NCBI GenBank assembly: GCA_965242525.1
Contig: OZ251459.1
Span: forward strand, 2,016,001-2,080,000
Direction: 5' to 3'
DNA: 64,000 nucleotides
From: an uncultured Candidatus Binatia bacterium
Lineage (GTDB): Bacteria > Desulfobacterota > Binatia > UBA9968 > JAJDTQ01
Part shown: piece by piece, positions 1 to 10,918 of the stretch
Layout: every line of letters starts with the position of its first letter
How positions within the stretch are numbered: position 1 is the first letter of the stretch
Made by a program: the position numbers and the translations under genes
Notes under the pieces: generated by a model
The model's input: the letters and a program-made list of their open reading frames with translations, nothing else
What the model was told of the DNA's origin: nothing
Databases searched by the model: none

Positions 1-1023
1 GCATGGCATCTCACCATCCTCACTCTGATGTAGCATACGGGGGGCATAGCTGAGCAACTCACCAATCCAGCGCGCACATATATTTGCTTTCAGAGCAGCC
101 AGCCGCTTAGCCAGATCGGTAAGGAGGCTAGCGGCTGCGGTATTGAGATCGTCTTCCGCGGGGCATAATTCAGTCCTCTGTATCTGTTGAGCAGCGTTTC
201 CGCGATCAAGCAGCCGGATTTCTTCGTCCAATCTGTTGACGGTGTTCAGTGTATGTACAATCGCCAGCGCAACGAGAGCATCGCACGAATCTTTGGTAAC
301 CCACAGTAGTGTCTCACGGTGGTTTAGACGCCTCATCGAAACGAGTCTGCGATGAGTCGCCCGCGCTTGCATCACTGGATGATCTAGTCTTTCGATCATG
401 GATTTGAATTGATCGGGCCGCAATTCCACCACGAGTTCTATCAGGTGAGCCGTTGCACGATGCAGCGCCATATGGACGAGATCAAAGCCATGACTGTCGA
501 GTTGCTGGAAGATCTCCAATGTTCCTTTGCTCGAAGTTATAGCGCCCTTTGGGATCTTAGCATTGGCAGAATTAACCCCTGAAATACGAGATGCGTCAAG
601 AATCTGATCTCCACCACAGAGTTTCTTCAGTATATCAAGAGTGTGATCCACGAACGAGTCGATTTCCTCGGAGGACCAGCTAGACCGAATGATGTGTACA
701 GCCGAGTCGGTATCGATCGAACCGACGGCCCAGATTGCCCTTTCGTCGCGGTTGCCCCGAACTCCATCCACAATTAAGGTTGCGACTGACTCGCTCATTT
801 CAGACTTGAGCCATCGTTGCTTTCCGTCGGACTCGAACCATCCGAGAATCTCATTGATAACTCGACTTGGATCTCTCGAGGAGAAGTAGTGTGTGACGAT
901 TGGCTCGATCAGTTCATATGTTGATCTGCCCTTCAGAGGCGATTCACCTGAACCGAAGATCCGCCAAGTAACGGCCTTCAAGTCATCGTAAATGGAGGGT
1001 TCGAGTGAAAGGTTTCTGGTCAT
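1..1023 (-). CDS. Hypothetical, probably alpha-helical protein (partial, runs off the window; >341 aa)
   Basis: ATG at 1023 overlaps the TAA of the upstream ORF (TAATG). Frame stays open to base 1 (MTRNLSLEPSIYDDLKAVTWRIFG...). Missing from the ORF track because there is no stop in the window. GC is lower than in core genes. Confidence 0.75.
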   Translation of the reverse strand, partial: MTRNLSLEPSIYDDLKAVTWRIFGSGESPLKGRSTYELIEPIVTHYFSSRDPSRVINEILGWFESDGKQRWLKSEMSESVATLIVDGVRGNRDERAIWAVGSIDTDSAVHIIRSSWSSEEIDSFVDHTLDILKKLCGGDQILDASRISGVNSANAKIPKGAITSSKGTLEIFQQLDSHGFDLVHMALHRATAHLIELVVELRPDQFKSMIERLDHPVMQARATHRRLVSMRRLNHRETLLWVTKDSCDALVALAIVHTLNTVNRLDEEIRLLDRGNAAQQIQRTELCPAEDDLNTAAASLLTDLAKRLAALKANICARWIGELLSYAPRMLHQSEDGEMPC

Positions 1024-2741
1024 TATGTGACCTCTTCAATGAGAAATTCGGTGTTCTCAGAGCCAATTTTCATTGACCATAGCCGTTCGGCGTCAGCGCG
1101 ATACACGTCGTACAGCAGCCTGACGAAGGTGACGCCGTCGGCATGCCAGCCGTTGATAGAATGGGTGATCAGAATCTCTTGTTTCGGCGTTATCAAGTAA
1201 CGATCGTGATGTCCGGTCGTGCGACCAGGGTGCTTGGAGATTATTCGTCGTACTCTGACATGGGCTGTAATCTCCCTGGGATAATCCGACCACCAAAGGG
1301 TCGGCTTGCCTTCCTCTTCTCCTTGTCTTTGACACAGGATCAGTAAGGGAGCGCCGGTAGTGGACGCAAACAGATCAAGACATAGCTTGTGTACTTCGTT
1401 CCCCTTCAGTTGCCCCTTGGAGCAAGGAAAATAGGGGTCAACGAGATAGTTCGGTGCCTTTTGGTCAGAATCTTGACGCAGAATATCTATAAAATACTGG
1501 AAGGCGTCAACGACCTCTGTTGGTTGGAAGCGCCTGAAATTCCCTTCCCGACGCGCGGCGACCTCCCGTTCCCAGAGTCGATGTTCAAGCCCTCGTTGCC
1601 GTATCTCCTTGTCGATTTCGGCGTTCTCGTTATCGGAGCGTACGTTAAACTTGGAGATGGCGCCGGCTGGCTTGACCTTGTGAATCAAAGATTTCCGGCG
1701 GTTACGGAGATGCAATGTCGAGGTGGAATCATACATAAATTGGACGGAAATCTCCATGATCAGAAACGCCTCCATCAAATCAATACACTGTCCATCTGCA
1801 GCACGAAAAATCGCAAAACCTATGTGATCGACCTCAGATTCCAGATTTAACACATGATGCTGGGACGTGAGAAGAAGCTCGCGTCGGAGCACCTCATCTC
1901 CACTGTGGCTGGCCCAGACGGTAGCGCGATAGGCTTCTGATAGCAGATTCTCTGAATCCACATGGAGCCTCAACGTTCGGCCGTAACCTGCTGCCAGATC
2001 GCAGGTGATTGCATCCTCAGCTCCCGCAATCATCAGGTTGCCGACCCGATCCGAGCGACGGTCGAGTGGGAAGCCTAGACGTGAAAGTCGAAGCGACAAG
2101 TCTGCCGAAGACGATCCAAGCATCTCTCGCCAGCTATTGCGCGGCCCCTCCGCGAAGCTCCAGTACTCGACTACCTCAGCGCTGTGCTTCGAGAACGGGC
2201 TGCGCAACGAGGCTTCGGCCAACGGACGCTCATCTCGGTAAACCCAGTGGCGGCGAGGAGCGAGGTTCAAGGCGTAAGCAATTTCGATGCCATCGATCTT
2301 CAATTTACCTGAGTCCAGTATCTGGCCAATCAATGCCTCACAGCGTTCAAATGGTGCGTCGCAAGAAAATAGCCGAAGTCTGTCCCCAAGGTCGTCACAA
2401 GACCAACTCTCGTCCGGTTCACTCGCCCAGGGCCCTAACGCATCCGCCCGTCGGTGACGTATGAGCGTGAACAGGTTTGGCGGTTTTGCCGCCGCATCAT
2501 CCCAAACCAGAACCGTCATGCGAGCCATCCGGCCCTTCCTTGCATCCATCGTCACCGAGGCACGGGTTAGGGCATCAACAGGGAGCCCCCGCTCACACGC
2601 CCAACGGACTGCCTCCGCGTGGTCCACGTACACGCTACGCCCATCCTTCTGTGCTATGAGATGTTTCCGATGAATATGCTGTCGGACGTAGGTCTCGCTC
2701 TTGTCCACAGCACGGGCCAACTCTGCGATTGTGAGATCCAA
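1023..2741 (-). CDS. N-terminal HTH (excisionase/MerR-like) + C-terminal PLD-like nuclease-fold protein; candidate defence gene
   Basis: Likely TTG start at 2741 after GGAGGGG. N-terminus LTIAELARAVDKSETYVRQHI is HTH-like. C-terminus LVDPYF...HHDRYLIT...THSING resembles HDR-type PLD-like domains. Confidence 0.55.
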   Translation of the reverse strand: MDLTIAELARAVDKSETYVRQHIHRKHLIAQKDGRSVYVDHAEAVRWACERGLPVDALTRASVTMDARKGRMARMTVLVWDDAAAKPPNLFTLIRHRRADALGPWASEPDESWSCDDLGDRLRLFSCDAPFERCEALIGQILDSGKLKIDGIEIAYALNLAPRRHWVYRDERPLAEASLRSPFSKHSAEVVEYWSFAEGPRNSWREMLGSSSADLSLRLSRLGFPLDRRSDRVGNLMIAGAEDAITCDLAAGYGRTLRLHVDSENLLSEAYRATVWASHSGDEVLRRELLLTSQHHVLNLESEVDHIGFAIFRAADGQCIDLMEAFLIMEISVQFMYDSTSTLHLRNRRKSLIHKVKPAGAISKFNVRSDNENAEIDKEIRQRGLEHRLWEREVAARREGNFRRFQPTEVVDAFQYFIDILRQDSDQKAPNYLVDPYFPCSKGQLKGNEVHKLCLDLFASTTGAPLLILCQRQGEEEGKPTLWWSDYPREITAHVRVRRIISKHPGRTTGHHDRYLITPKQEILITHSINGWHADGVTFVRLLYDVYRADAERLWSMKIGSENTEFLIEEVT

Positions 2742-3063
2742 GACAAATACCCCTCCACTACGGAATGTTACATGTAACATACAATTGTAATTTACGTTTG
2801 TCAACCCACTGCAAATCCCTCAGGCCGCCGTTCCTTCGCCACGGTTCATATCGACCCAGAGCGCTTTGGCCGCGACATGGGTCTCGCAGGGCGGGGAAGA
2901 CCTGGAGCCACGTATCACCTTCTCGGGGCAGAAATGGAGGTTCCGTTCAAGACCACGACCATATACCGGACGGACCGAGCTTGCAGCCCGGCCAGCTTTG
3001 TAGTTGAAACAAGGCTGCTCCATACGGTCGTCGGCGCCCGGGAACCTTGGAGTCACGACTTGA

Positions 3064-3193
3064 GGAACATCTGGACAATCGGCGGAACATGAGCGCGTCC
3101 TTCGACTCCGCTTCGCTACGCTCAGGACGAACGGGGATAAGAGGGTCAGGATGAGGGAATCCATCCTGGGTGTCTCGACTGTTCAGAGGTTCC
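3064..3193 (+). mobile_element. MITE family A copy
   Basis: TIRs GGAACATCTGGACAATCG / CTCGACTGTTCAGAGGTTCC, flanked by a TTGA direct repeat; core GTCCTTCGACTCCGCTTCGCTACGCTCAGGACGAACGGGG. Confidence 0.85.
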
Positions 3194-3239
3194 TTGACCG
3201 GACTTGGACCGGCCTGCCGTCGTCCACGCGGGGACCGCA

Positions 3240-4544
3240 ATGAAAACGTCGCAAAACATGGCTTCCGGGCTGATCGTGACCCGGGTCGAAGCCCTCGGCT
3301 TCCGCTCCCTGCGCTACGTCTCGCAGCGACTCGGCCCCTTCCACGTCCTGGTCGGACCCAACGCCAGCGGGAAATCGGCGTTTCTCGACGTGCTGGCCTT
3401 CCTGGGCGACCTGCAACGGGTGGACCTCAAGCACGCGATCATGGGCCACCAGCCGCTCGCGGTACCGGTCCGCGCCACCGATCCGCAGCACATCACCTGG
3501 ATGCGGCGCGGCGCGCCCTTCGAACTGGCCTTGGAGGCAGCCGTTCCCGACGCGCTTCACGGGCACCTGAAGAACGGATCCGCCCGTGTATGCAGGTACG
3601 AGGTCACGGTGGACGTGTCGGAACCCTGCCGCATCGTCCGGGAGAACCTCTGGCTGAAGCCGGACAAGGGCTTCGGAGCCGAACGCATGCGGTCGGAGTT
3701 CCCGGACCCGCCCGAGCCGCCTGGGGAGGTCGTCGTCGATCCAGGGAAGCGGCCCCCCAGGAATTGGAGAAAGGTAGTCTTTCGGGAAAGCGATCCCGAA
3801 CGGGCAACCTTCCATCCCGAAACTTCCGGACGGTCGTTCCAGTTCCGTGTTCCAACCGGCCAATCCGCACTGAACAGCCTGCCTCCGGACGAGGAGCTTT
3901 TTCCGGTCGCCGCTCGATTCAAGCAGATGCTGGCGGCAGGCGTTCAGCGTATCGCCCTGTCGAGCGAGGCCCTTCGCCGGCCCAGTCCACCCGGCCAGTC
4001 CGACACCTATCTCCCCGACGGTTCGAACCTTCCCTACCTCGTGAACAAAGTGGCGAAACACCGCGACCTGTATGGGGACTGGACCATGCACGTCCGCGAG
4101 GCGCTGCCCGACGTGGTTCGGATCGTGCCCCGCATACGATCAGACGACGGACATCGTTACCTGATGGTTCACTACCGCAATGGATTGGAAGCGCCATCCT
4201 GGCTGGTGTCGGACGGCACGCTGCGGTTCCTCGCGTTGACGCTGCTCGCGTACCTCCCCGAACCCACCGGCCCTTACCTGATCGAGGAGCCGGAGAACGG
4301 CGTCCACCCTCTCAACGTGGAAACGGTCCTTCAGTCACTTTCATCGGTCTATGACGCCCAAGTCCTGTTGGCGACCCATTCGCCCGCCATCGTTCGCCTC
4401 GCCAGCCTCGACCAAATGCTCTGCTTCGCTCGTGACGAAGACCGCGGCGCAGACGTCGTCGCCGGCCGCGCACACCCCCTCTTGCGAGATTGGCAAGGAG
4501 TCACCGATCTGGGCGCCCTGCTCGCGAGCGGAGCCCTCGAGTGA
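3240..4544 (+). CDS. AAA_21/ABC-type ATPase, MADS MAD3-like
   Basis: Walker A GPNASGKS, signature VSDGTLRFLAL, Walker B LIEEPENGVHP, switch ATHSP. N-terminus IVTRVEALGFRSLRYVSQRLGPFHVLVG resembles MAD3 homologues. Start uncertain (3240 or 3258). Confidence 0.75.
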   Translation: MKTSQNMASGLIVTRVEALGFRSLRYVSQRLGPFHVLVGPNASGKSAFLDVLAFLGDLQRVDLKHAIMGHQPLAVPVRATDPQHITWMRRGAPFELALEAAVPDALHGHLKNGSARVCRYEVTVDVSEPCRIVRENLWLKPDKGFGAERMRSEFPDPPEPPGEVVVDPGKRPPRNWRKVVFRESDPERATFHPETSGRSFQFRVPTGQSALNSLPPDEELFPVAARFKQMLAAGVQRIALSSEALRRPSPPGQSDTYLPDGSNLPYLVNKVAKHRDLYGDWTMHVREALPDVVRIVPRIRSDDGHRYLMVHYRNGLEAPSWLVSDGTLRFLALTLLAYLPEPTGPYLIEEPENGVHPLNVETVLQSLSSVYDAQVLLATHSPAIVRLASLDQMLCFARDEDRGADVVAGRAHPLLRDWQGVTDLGALLASGALE

Positions 4545-5173
4545 TGGACCTCGTATGCCTCGTTGCGGACCGCAACATGGAAGCGGCGATATCCGGGTTG
4601 TTGGAGCGGCCGCACGCGCTCGGCATCCGCCCGATTACAAGGGAAGTGCCGGTGCATGAAGAAAGAGATCCGGGATGCTGCCACCATCCGATGAAGGTAC
4701 TCGGTCCGTATCGGAAGAATGCGGAACATGCCTTGATCGTGCTCGATCATGCTTGGGAAGGAGTCCCCGCGGCATCCGGCGCCGAACTCGAATCCTGGAT
4801 CGAAGACAACAGACTGAAGCGTGAGGGCTTGGCGGACTGGACCGTTCCAGTGGTGATCGAGCCGGAGTTGGAGGTCTGGGTGTTCAGTGACTCACCCCAC
4901 GTGGACGAGGTCCTCGGCTGGACGGACCGTAACCCCGGTTTGCGCAAGGCGCTCGAACGGCAAGGTTTATGGAGCCCGGGCGACCCCAAACCAACCGATC
5001 CGAAGGCAGCGTTCGAATGGACCCTCAGAACGGCGAGGAAGCGTCCCATCTCCTCCATGTACTTCCGTGAGCTTGCGCGAAAGGTGAGCACCCGGCGCTG
5101 TCAGGATCGTGCATTTCTAAGGTTCAAGCGAATACTGCAGAACTGGTTTCCCCGGCGCTCGTCGGACCCGTGA
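4544..5173 (+). CDS. TOPRIM-like/DUF4276-related partner protein, MAD4-like
   Basis: ATG at 4544 overlaps the ATPase stop (TGATG). MDLVCLVADRNME...HEERDPGC...LIVLDH...IEPELEVW matches the MAD4-type pattern. Confidence 0.65.
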   Translation: MDLVCLVADRNMEAAISGLLERPHALGIRPITREVPVHEERDPGCCHHPMKVLGPYRKNAEHALIVLDHAWEGVPAASGAELESWIEDNRLKREGLADWTVPVVIEPELEVWVFSDSPHVDEVLGWTDRNPGLRKALERQGLWSPGDPKPTDPKAAFEWTLRTARKRPISSMYFRELARKVSTRRCQDRAFLRFKRILQNWFPRRSSDP

Positions 5174-5410
5174 ACGACAACCGCGGTTGCTGCTTCGCGG
5201 TCGAAGCCGGTAGACGCCGGCGCCCGCGGCACATCCGCGAACCCGCGGTCCGTCTGGACAAAGGTTGGGGAAGTGCGCTAATCGGTTGGTTCGACGGTTC
5301 CGTTCGGGCCGGCCTGCGCACCGGGCCGGGGTTGACGCCGGGGACGCCGGGGCGATGCGGCGGGGACGGGTCCATGACACGGAGCGTCACTTCACACGGA
5401 GGTCGTCACC

Positions 5411-6433
5411 ATGAAAGCAACTCGCTCGTTCCTGGCCCGGGGCCTCGGCGCCCTCCTGGCCCTGTCGTTTCCGCTGGCCTCCGCGGGAGGCGCCGCGGAC
5501 GGGGTGACGGTCGCCTACTTCCTGGAATGGCCCACGCCGAACATCGCGGCGAAGATCGAGAAGACCTATGACAAGGTCATGGGGGTGGACCTCGCCTGGA
5601 AGTCCTTCGGCACCGGCAACGACATGTCCGCGGCCATGGCTTCGGGGGACGTGCAGATCGCCTACTCCCAGGGGCTGATCCCGTTCATGGTCGCGGTCAG
5701 CCGAGGGTTGCCGCTGGAGGCGGTGGGAGTCGCCGTGGCCTATTCCGACGCCGACAACTGCGTGGCGCACGAAAAGGCCGGCATCGACCGCTCCACCGCC
5801 ATGAACTTCGCCAAGTCCCTCAAGGGCCGGAGGGTCGCCTCGCCCATCGGCAACATCACCCATTACAAACTGCTGAAGACCCTGGCCTACTACGGGCTGT
5901 CGGAGAAGGACGTCTCCATCGTCCCGGTCACCGGGGGCAACGACGCGGCCGCGGCGTTCCTGAGCGAGAGGGTGGATATCGGCTGCGCCTTCGGCGGTCC
6001 GCTGGAACGGATGACCGCCAAGGGCAAGGTGTTGATGACCGGCGCCGAGCAGGAGAACATCGGCATACTCACCTTCGACGTGATCTCCGTGACCCGGGAG
6101 TTCGCCCGGGAGCACCCCGACCGGGTGGTGCAGTTCCTGCAGGTCACCGAGGACGCCAACCGCGCCTTTGCCGCCAACCCCAACGCCCAACTGGCCACCA
6201 TCGCCAAGGCATGGGGGATGAGCCTGGAACAGGTGAAGGGTTATCTCGGCGGCGCCGGCAGCTTCTCGTTCCCGACCCGGGACCAGCAGTTGTCGCCGGC
6301 CTGGATGGGCGGCACGGTGCAGGCCGCGACCAAGGGCGCCGCGGACTTCTTCGTGGAGCAGAAGCAGATGTCCCGGGCCCTGGACGACTACAGCGGCGCC
6401 GTCAACACCCGCTACCTGCAACGGGTGAAGTAG
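5411..6433 (+). CDS. tauA: Taurine-type ABC transporter substrate-binding protein
   Basis: Signal peptide, VAYFLEWPTPN, FGTGNDMSAAMASGDVQIAYSQG; RBS GGAGG upstream. Confidence 0.8.
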   Translation: MKATRSFLARGLGALLALSFPLASAGGAADGVTVAYFLEWPTPNIAAKIEKTYDKVMGVDLAWKSFGTGNDMSAAMASGDVQIAYSQGLIPFMVAVSRGLPLEAVGVAVAYSDADNCVAHEKAGIDRSTAMNFAKSLKGRRVASPIGNITHYKLLKTLAYYGLSEKDVSIVPVTGGNDAAAAFLSERVDIGCAFGGPLERMTAKGKVLMTGAEQENIGILTFDVISVTREFAREHPDRVVQFLQVTEDANRAFAANPNAQLATIAKAWGMSLEQVKGYLGGAGSFSFPTRDQQLSPAWMGGTVQAATKGAADFFVEQKQMSRALDDYSGAVNTRYLQRVK

Positions 6434-6470
6434 CGTCCGTCGAGGCGCCGGGAACCCCGGGAGGGCATCC

Positions 6471-7318
<848 letters not shown>

Positions 7319-7322
<4 letters not shown>

Positions 7323-8191
7323 GCCGGGGGACGCCGACGCTCCTGCGCCGGACGCTGGTGCGGCTGGGGCTGCGCAAGGCCGGGGAGGAAGCGCGGAAGA
7401 CCGTGACCTTCGGCGACCCTGCGGCCGCCCGGGGCGGGGTCTTCTGGAGCATCGTCTCCGTGGCCGGGGTGGTGGCGCTGTGGTTCATCGCCACCGAGAA
7501 CCGGTGGACCACGCCCATCTTCCTGCCCCCGCCCGCGGACGTGTGGCGGCAGTTCACACTCACCCTGTTCGACGGGTTCCGCGGCTACAACCTGCTGCAG
7601 CACGTGGGGGTCAGCGTCTATCGCCTGCTGGCGGGTTTCGCCCTCGGCTGCCTGGTGGGCATCCCCATCGGCTTCGCCATGGGGCTGTCGCGCACCATGC
7701 GCGGCCTGTTCGACCCTATCGTGGAGTTCATGCGGCCGATACCGCCCCTCGCCCTGATCCCGCTGATGATCATCTGGGCCGGCATCGACGACAAGCCCAA
7801 GATCATCCTGCTGTTCCTGGCCGCGCTGTGGATCATGGTGCTCGCGGCGCGCGCGGGCGTGCAGAGCATCCGCCTGTCCAAGATCCACGCGGCCTACACC
7901 CTTGGGGCCTCCCGGTCCCAGGTGCTGGTCCGCGTCATCCTGCCCAACTCGCTGCCGGAGATCTTCACCGGCATGCGCGTGGCCATGGGGGTGTGCTGGG
8001 GCACCCTCGTGGCCGCGGAACTGGTGGCCGCGGACGTGGGCATCGGCTTCATGATCGTGGTGGGGGGGAAGTTCCTCGAGACCGGGCTGGTGCTGGTGGG
8101 CGTCATCATCATCGGCGTCATCGGCGCCGCCATCGACGTAGGCATGCGAAAGCTGGAAGCCCGGATGATCCCCTGGAAGGGCAGAGGTTGA
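7319..8191 (+). CDS. tauC: Taurine/sulfonate ABC transporter permease
   Basis: ATGA overlap with tauB; hydrophobic helices, RPIPPLALIPL, EAA-like loop (HAAYTLGAS). Confidence 0.85.
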
Positions 8192-8218
8192 GGCGCCCCG
8201 GCCTCCGGGGCTTTCCAT

Positions 8219-8300
8219 GGGAAAGCGCGTCCTTCGACTTCGCTTCGCTACGCTCAGGACGAACGGGGACCTCCACTTGCTACGCTCGGAACGAACGGGA
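8219..8300 (+). repeat. MITE-A core palindrome (no TIRs) plus partial tandem copy
   Basis: GGGAAAGCGCGTCCTTCGACTTCGCTTCGCTACGCTCAGGACGAACGGGG followed by TACGCTCGGAACGAACGGGA. Confidence 0.8.
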
Positions 8301-8503
8301 GTCTCCACTACGCGATCCGATTCCCTCCCTCCTTGAGGGGGAGGGACAGGGAGGGGGGCCGCCCACACCAGCAGACCCATAACGAACGGGGACCGCTGTC
8401 CAGCCTTTCCTTGACACGCCATCGGCAACGGCCTAGGATTCGCAGGACGCACGCATCGACCGCCGACGTTCCATCCACCGCGGACTTTCACGGAGGAAGA
8501 AAA

Positions 8504-9628
8504 ATGGCCAAACAAGGCTTCAAGGCAATGGATTCGGACATGCACGTCTTCGAGCCCGCGGACCTGTGGGAGCGCTACATGGACCCGGAGTTCCGGGACC
8601 GGGCCCCCAAGGGGCTGCAACGGGACTTCCGGGACCTGGGCGTGGAGGTGGAGGGGAAGATCCTCCCCGTTCCCCGGCGGCCCGAGAACCCGGCGCTCCG
8701 GGACTACCGCCTGACCACCCTCAAGGAGAAGTACGGCGACGTGGCCGAGCGCGGTTTCGACGGCGTGAGCCAAGTCATGGCCATGGACAAGGAGGGGCTC
8801 GACCTGGCCTTCCTCTTCCCCACCCGCGGGTTGTTCGTCCTGGGCATCGACGGCCTCGACCCCGAGCTCGCCGCGGCCATATCCCGGGCCTACAACGACT
8901 GGCTCCACGACTTCGCGCAAGCCGCGCCGGACCGGATGCTCTGCGTCGCCATGGTGCCGCCCCAGAACGTGGAAGCAGCGGTGGCGGAGACCCGGCGCAC
9001 CGTAGGCGAGATGGGTTTCCGGGGCATATTCATGAGGCCCAACCAGACCAACGGGCGCTGCTGGAGCGACCCCTACTACGATCCGCTATGGGACGTGTGC
9101 CAGAGCCTCGACGTGCCGGTGGGCTTCCACGAAGCCGGGCGGGTCTATCAGCCGCAACCCGCCATCTCCCAGTTCATCCCCACGTTCTCCATGTTCAACA
9201 CCCTGAGCTTTCCGCTGGCCAACATGTTCGCCTGCTCGGACATGATCTACGGCGGCGTGATGGAACGCTTCCCCAGGCTGCGCGTCGCGTTCCTGGAAGG
9301 GAACTGCTCGTGGCTCCCCTGGCTCCTGTGGCGCATGGGCGACTACATGGAGTCGGTGGGGAAGGCGGAGTACCCGGACTTGACGCTCGAACCCCTGGAG
9401 TACTTCCAGCGCCAGTGTTTCGGCGCGGTCGAATGCGACGAGGTCACCGCAAAGCACATGCCCGAGTACGGCCTGGAGGACAACCTGGTGTTCTCCACCG
9501 ACTACCCGCACCTGGACGTCAAGTACCCCCACTCGCTGGACGCTTTCCTGGAGATGCCGTTCTCCAACGAGTCCAAGCGCAAGTACCTCTGGGACAACTG
9601 TGCGAGGCTGTACAACCTGGGGCAGTGA
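8504..9628 (+). CDS. Amidohydrolase_2 family metal-dependent hydrolase/decarboxylase
   Basis: MDSDMHVFEP, RAYNDWL, FSTDYPH; RBS GGAGGA. Confidence 0.85.
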   Translation: MAKQGFKAMDSDMHVFEPADLWERYMDPEFRDRAPKGLQRDFRDLGVEVEGKILPVPRRPENPALRDYRLTTLKEKYGDVAERGFDGVSQVMAMDKEGLDLAFLFPTRGLFVLGIDGLDPELAAAISRAYNDWLHDFAQAAPDRMLCVAMVPPQNVEAAVAETRRTVGEMGFRGIFMRPNQTNGRCWSDPYYDPLWDVCQSLDVPVGFHEAGRVYQPQPAISQFIPTFSMFNTLSFPLANMFACSDMIYGGVMERFPRLRVAFLEGNCSWLPWLLWRMGDYMESVGKAEYPDLTLEPLEYFQRQCFGAVECDEVTAKHMPEYGLEDNLVFSTDYPHLDVKYPHSLDAFLEMPFSNESKRKYLWDNCARLYNLGQ

Positions 9629-9641
9629 CGCCGGGGTTTCC

Positions 9642-10766
9642 GTGCGGACATTCGAGCGACGGGGGATCGTCGAAGGGTTCTTCGGTCCCCCGTGGACCAC
9701 CGCCCACCGCGCCGCCATGTTCGCCTTCGGCGCGGCCCGGGGCATGAACACCTACCTCTACGCCCCCAAGGACGACCCGTACCACCGGGAGCTCTGGCGA
9801 CTGCCCTACCCGGAACCGGAGTGGCGCGAGCTCTGCCGCCTCATCGAGGCGGCCCAGGGTCAAGGCATCGACTTCGTCTATGGCTTCCACCCCGGCAAGG
9901 ACCTCCGCTTCACCGCCCCGGAACCCGTACAGGTCCTGCTCGACAAGGCCGCGAGGCTGTACGACCGGGGCGTGCGGACCTTTGCCGTGCTGTTCGACGA
10001 CATCCCGTCGCACCTCACCCACGCCGAGGACGTGCGCAAGTTCGACCGCAGCCTGGCCAGAGCTGAATCCCTCTGGCTCGAAACCGTGATGGAGCGGCAA
10101 CCCGCCCACTGGCGCGTAGAGTGGTGGTTCTGTCCCTCGTACTACACGGACGACCCGTTGCTGGCCCGGACCTTCGGCGCCTTCGAGTCCGGGTTCCTGG
10201 AGACCGTGGGACGGTGCCTGCCCGCTTCCGTGAGCTGCTTCTGGACCGGGCCGAAGGTGGTGCCCGGGAGCATCGACTTGGCCCACATGGAGGCGGTGGG
10301 CGAACGGGTCGGACACCGGCTGCTGCTCTGGGACAACTATCCGGTCAACGACCTCACCATGAGCGACGAGCTGCACATCGGACCGCTCACCGGCCGGGAC
10401 CCGCGGCTCCCGGAGCGGGTCCACGCGCACTTGGCCAACCCGCTGCTGCAGGAAGAACTCAGCTTCGTTCCCCTGGCCACGTGCTTCGACTATGCCCGGG
10501 ACCCGTCCGCATACGCGCCGGAGGCGAGCTGGGAGGCGGTCGTGGCCGAGCGCTTCGGCCCCGCCAACCTGGACCACTGGCGCGCCCTCAGACGGTTCTG
10601 CGAGAAGGACGCGGGCGCCGCGGCGACGACGGCGCTTTCGGAACCGGAGCGCGCCGCGCTCGAAGCGGCCCACGCCTACCTGCTGGCGCACAGGGACGAA
10701 CGGTGGGGCCGGGAGTTCGCCCCGTGGCAAACCCGGCTGGAGCTCCTGCTCCGGGGAGACCGGTGA
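9642..10766 (+). CDS. GH84 beta-N-acetylglucosaminidase (O-GlcNAcase-like), catalytic domain only, no signal peptide
   Basis: RGIVEGFFGPPW, YLYAPKDDPYHR, catalytic LFDDIP, FWTGPKVV, LLWDNYPVND. Confidence 0.88.
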   Translation: MRTFERRGIVEGFFGPPWTTAHRAAMFAFGAARGMNTYLYAPKDDPYHRELWRLPYPEPEWRELCRLIEAAQGQGIDFVYGFHPGKDLRFTAPEPVQVLLDKAARLYDRGVRTFAVLFDDIPSHLTHAEDVRKFDRSLARAESLWLETVMERQPAHWRVEWWFCPSYYTDDPLLARTFGAFESGFLETVGRCLPASVSCFWTGPKVVPGSIDLAHMEAVGERVGHRLLLWDNYPVNDLTMSDELHIGPLTGRDPRLPERVHAHLANPLLQEELSFVPLATCFDYARDPSAYAPEASWEAVVAERFGPANLDHWRALRRFCEKDAGAAATTALSEPERAALEAAHAYLLAHRDERWGREFAPWQTRLELLLRGDR

Positions 10767-10918
10767 CGGGCCGCCGCGGCGCCGCGGGAGGGGCCGCCGG
10801 CGGACACCGGGCGGCCGCCGGGCAGGGATCCCCGCACCCCCTGCGAAGCGCCCCGGAAGACGCCTCGGCCGGGCGGACGGCCGCCGGGGGCCGGTCCCTG
10901 CGCCCCGCGGAGGAAGGA

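Noticed and set aside
8321-8358. C-rich/G-rich palindrome TTCCCTCCCTCCTTGAGGGGGAGGGACAGGGAGGGGG
   Set aside because: Resembles another dispersed palindrome type, but only one copy is visible here, so no family call can be supported.
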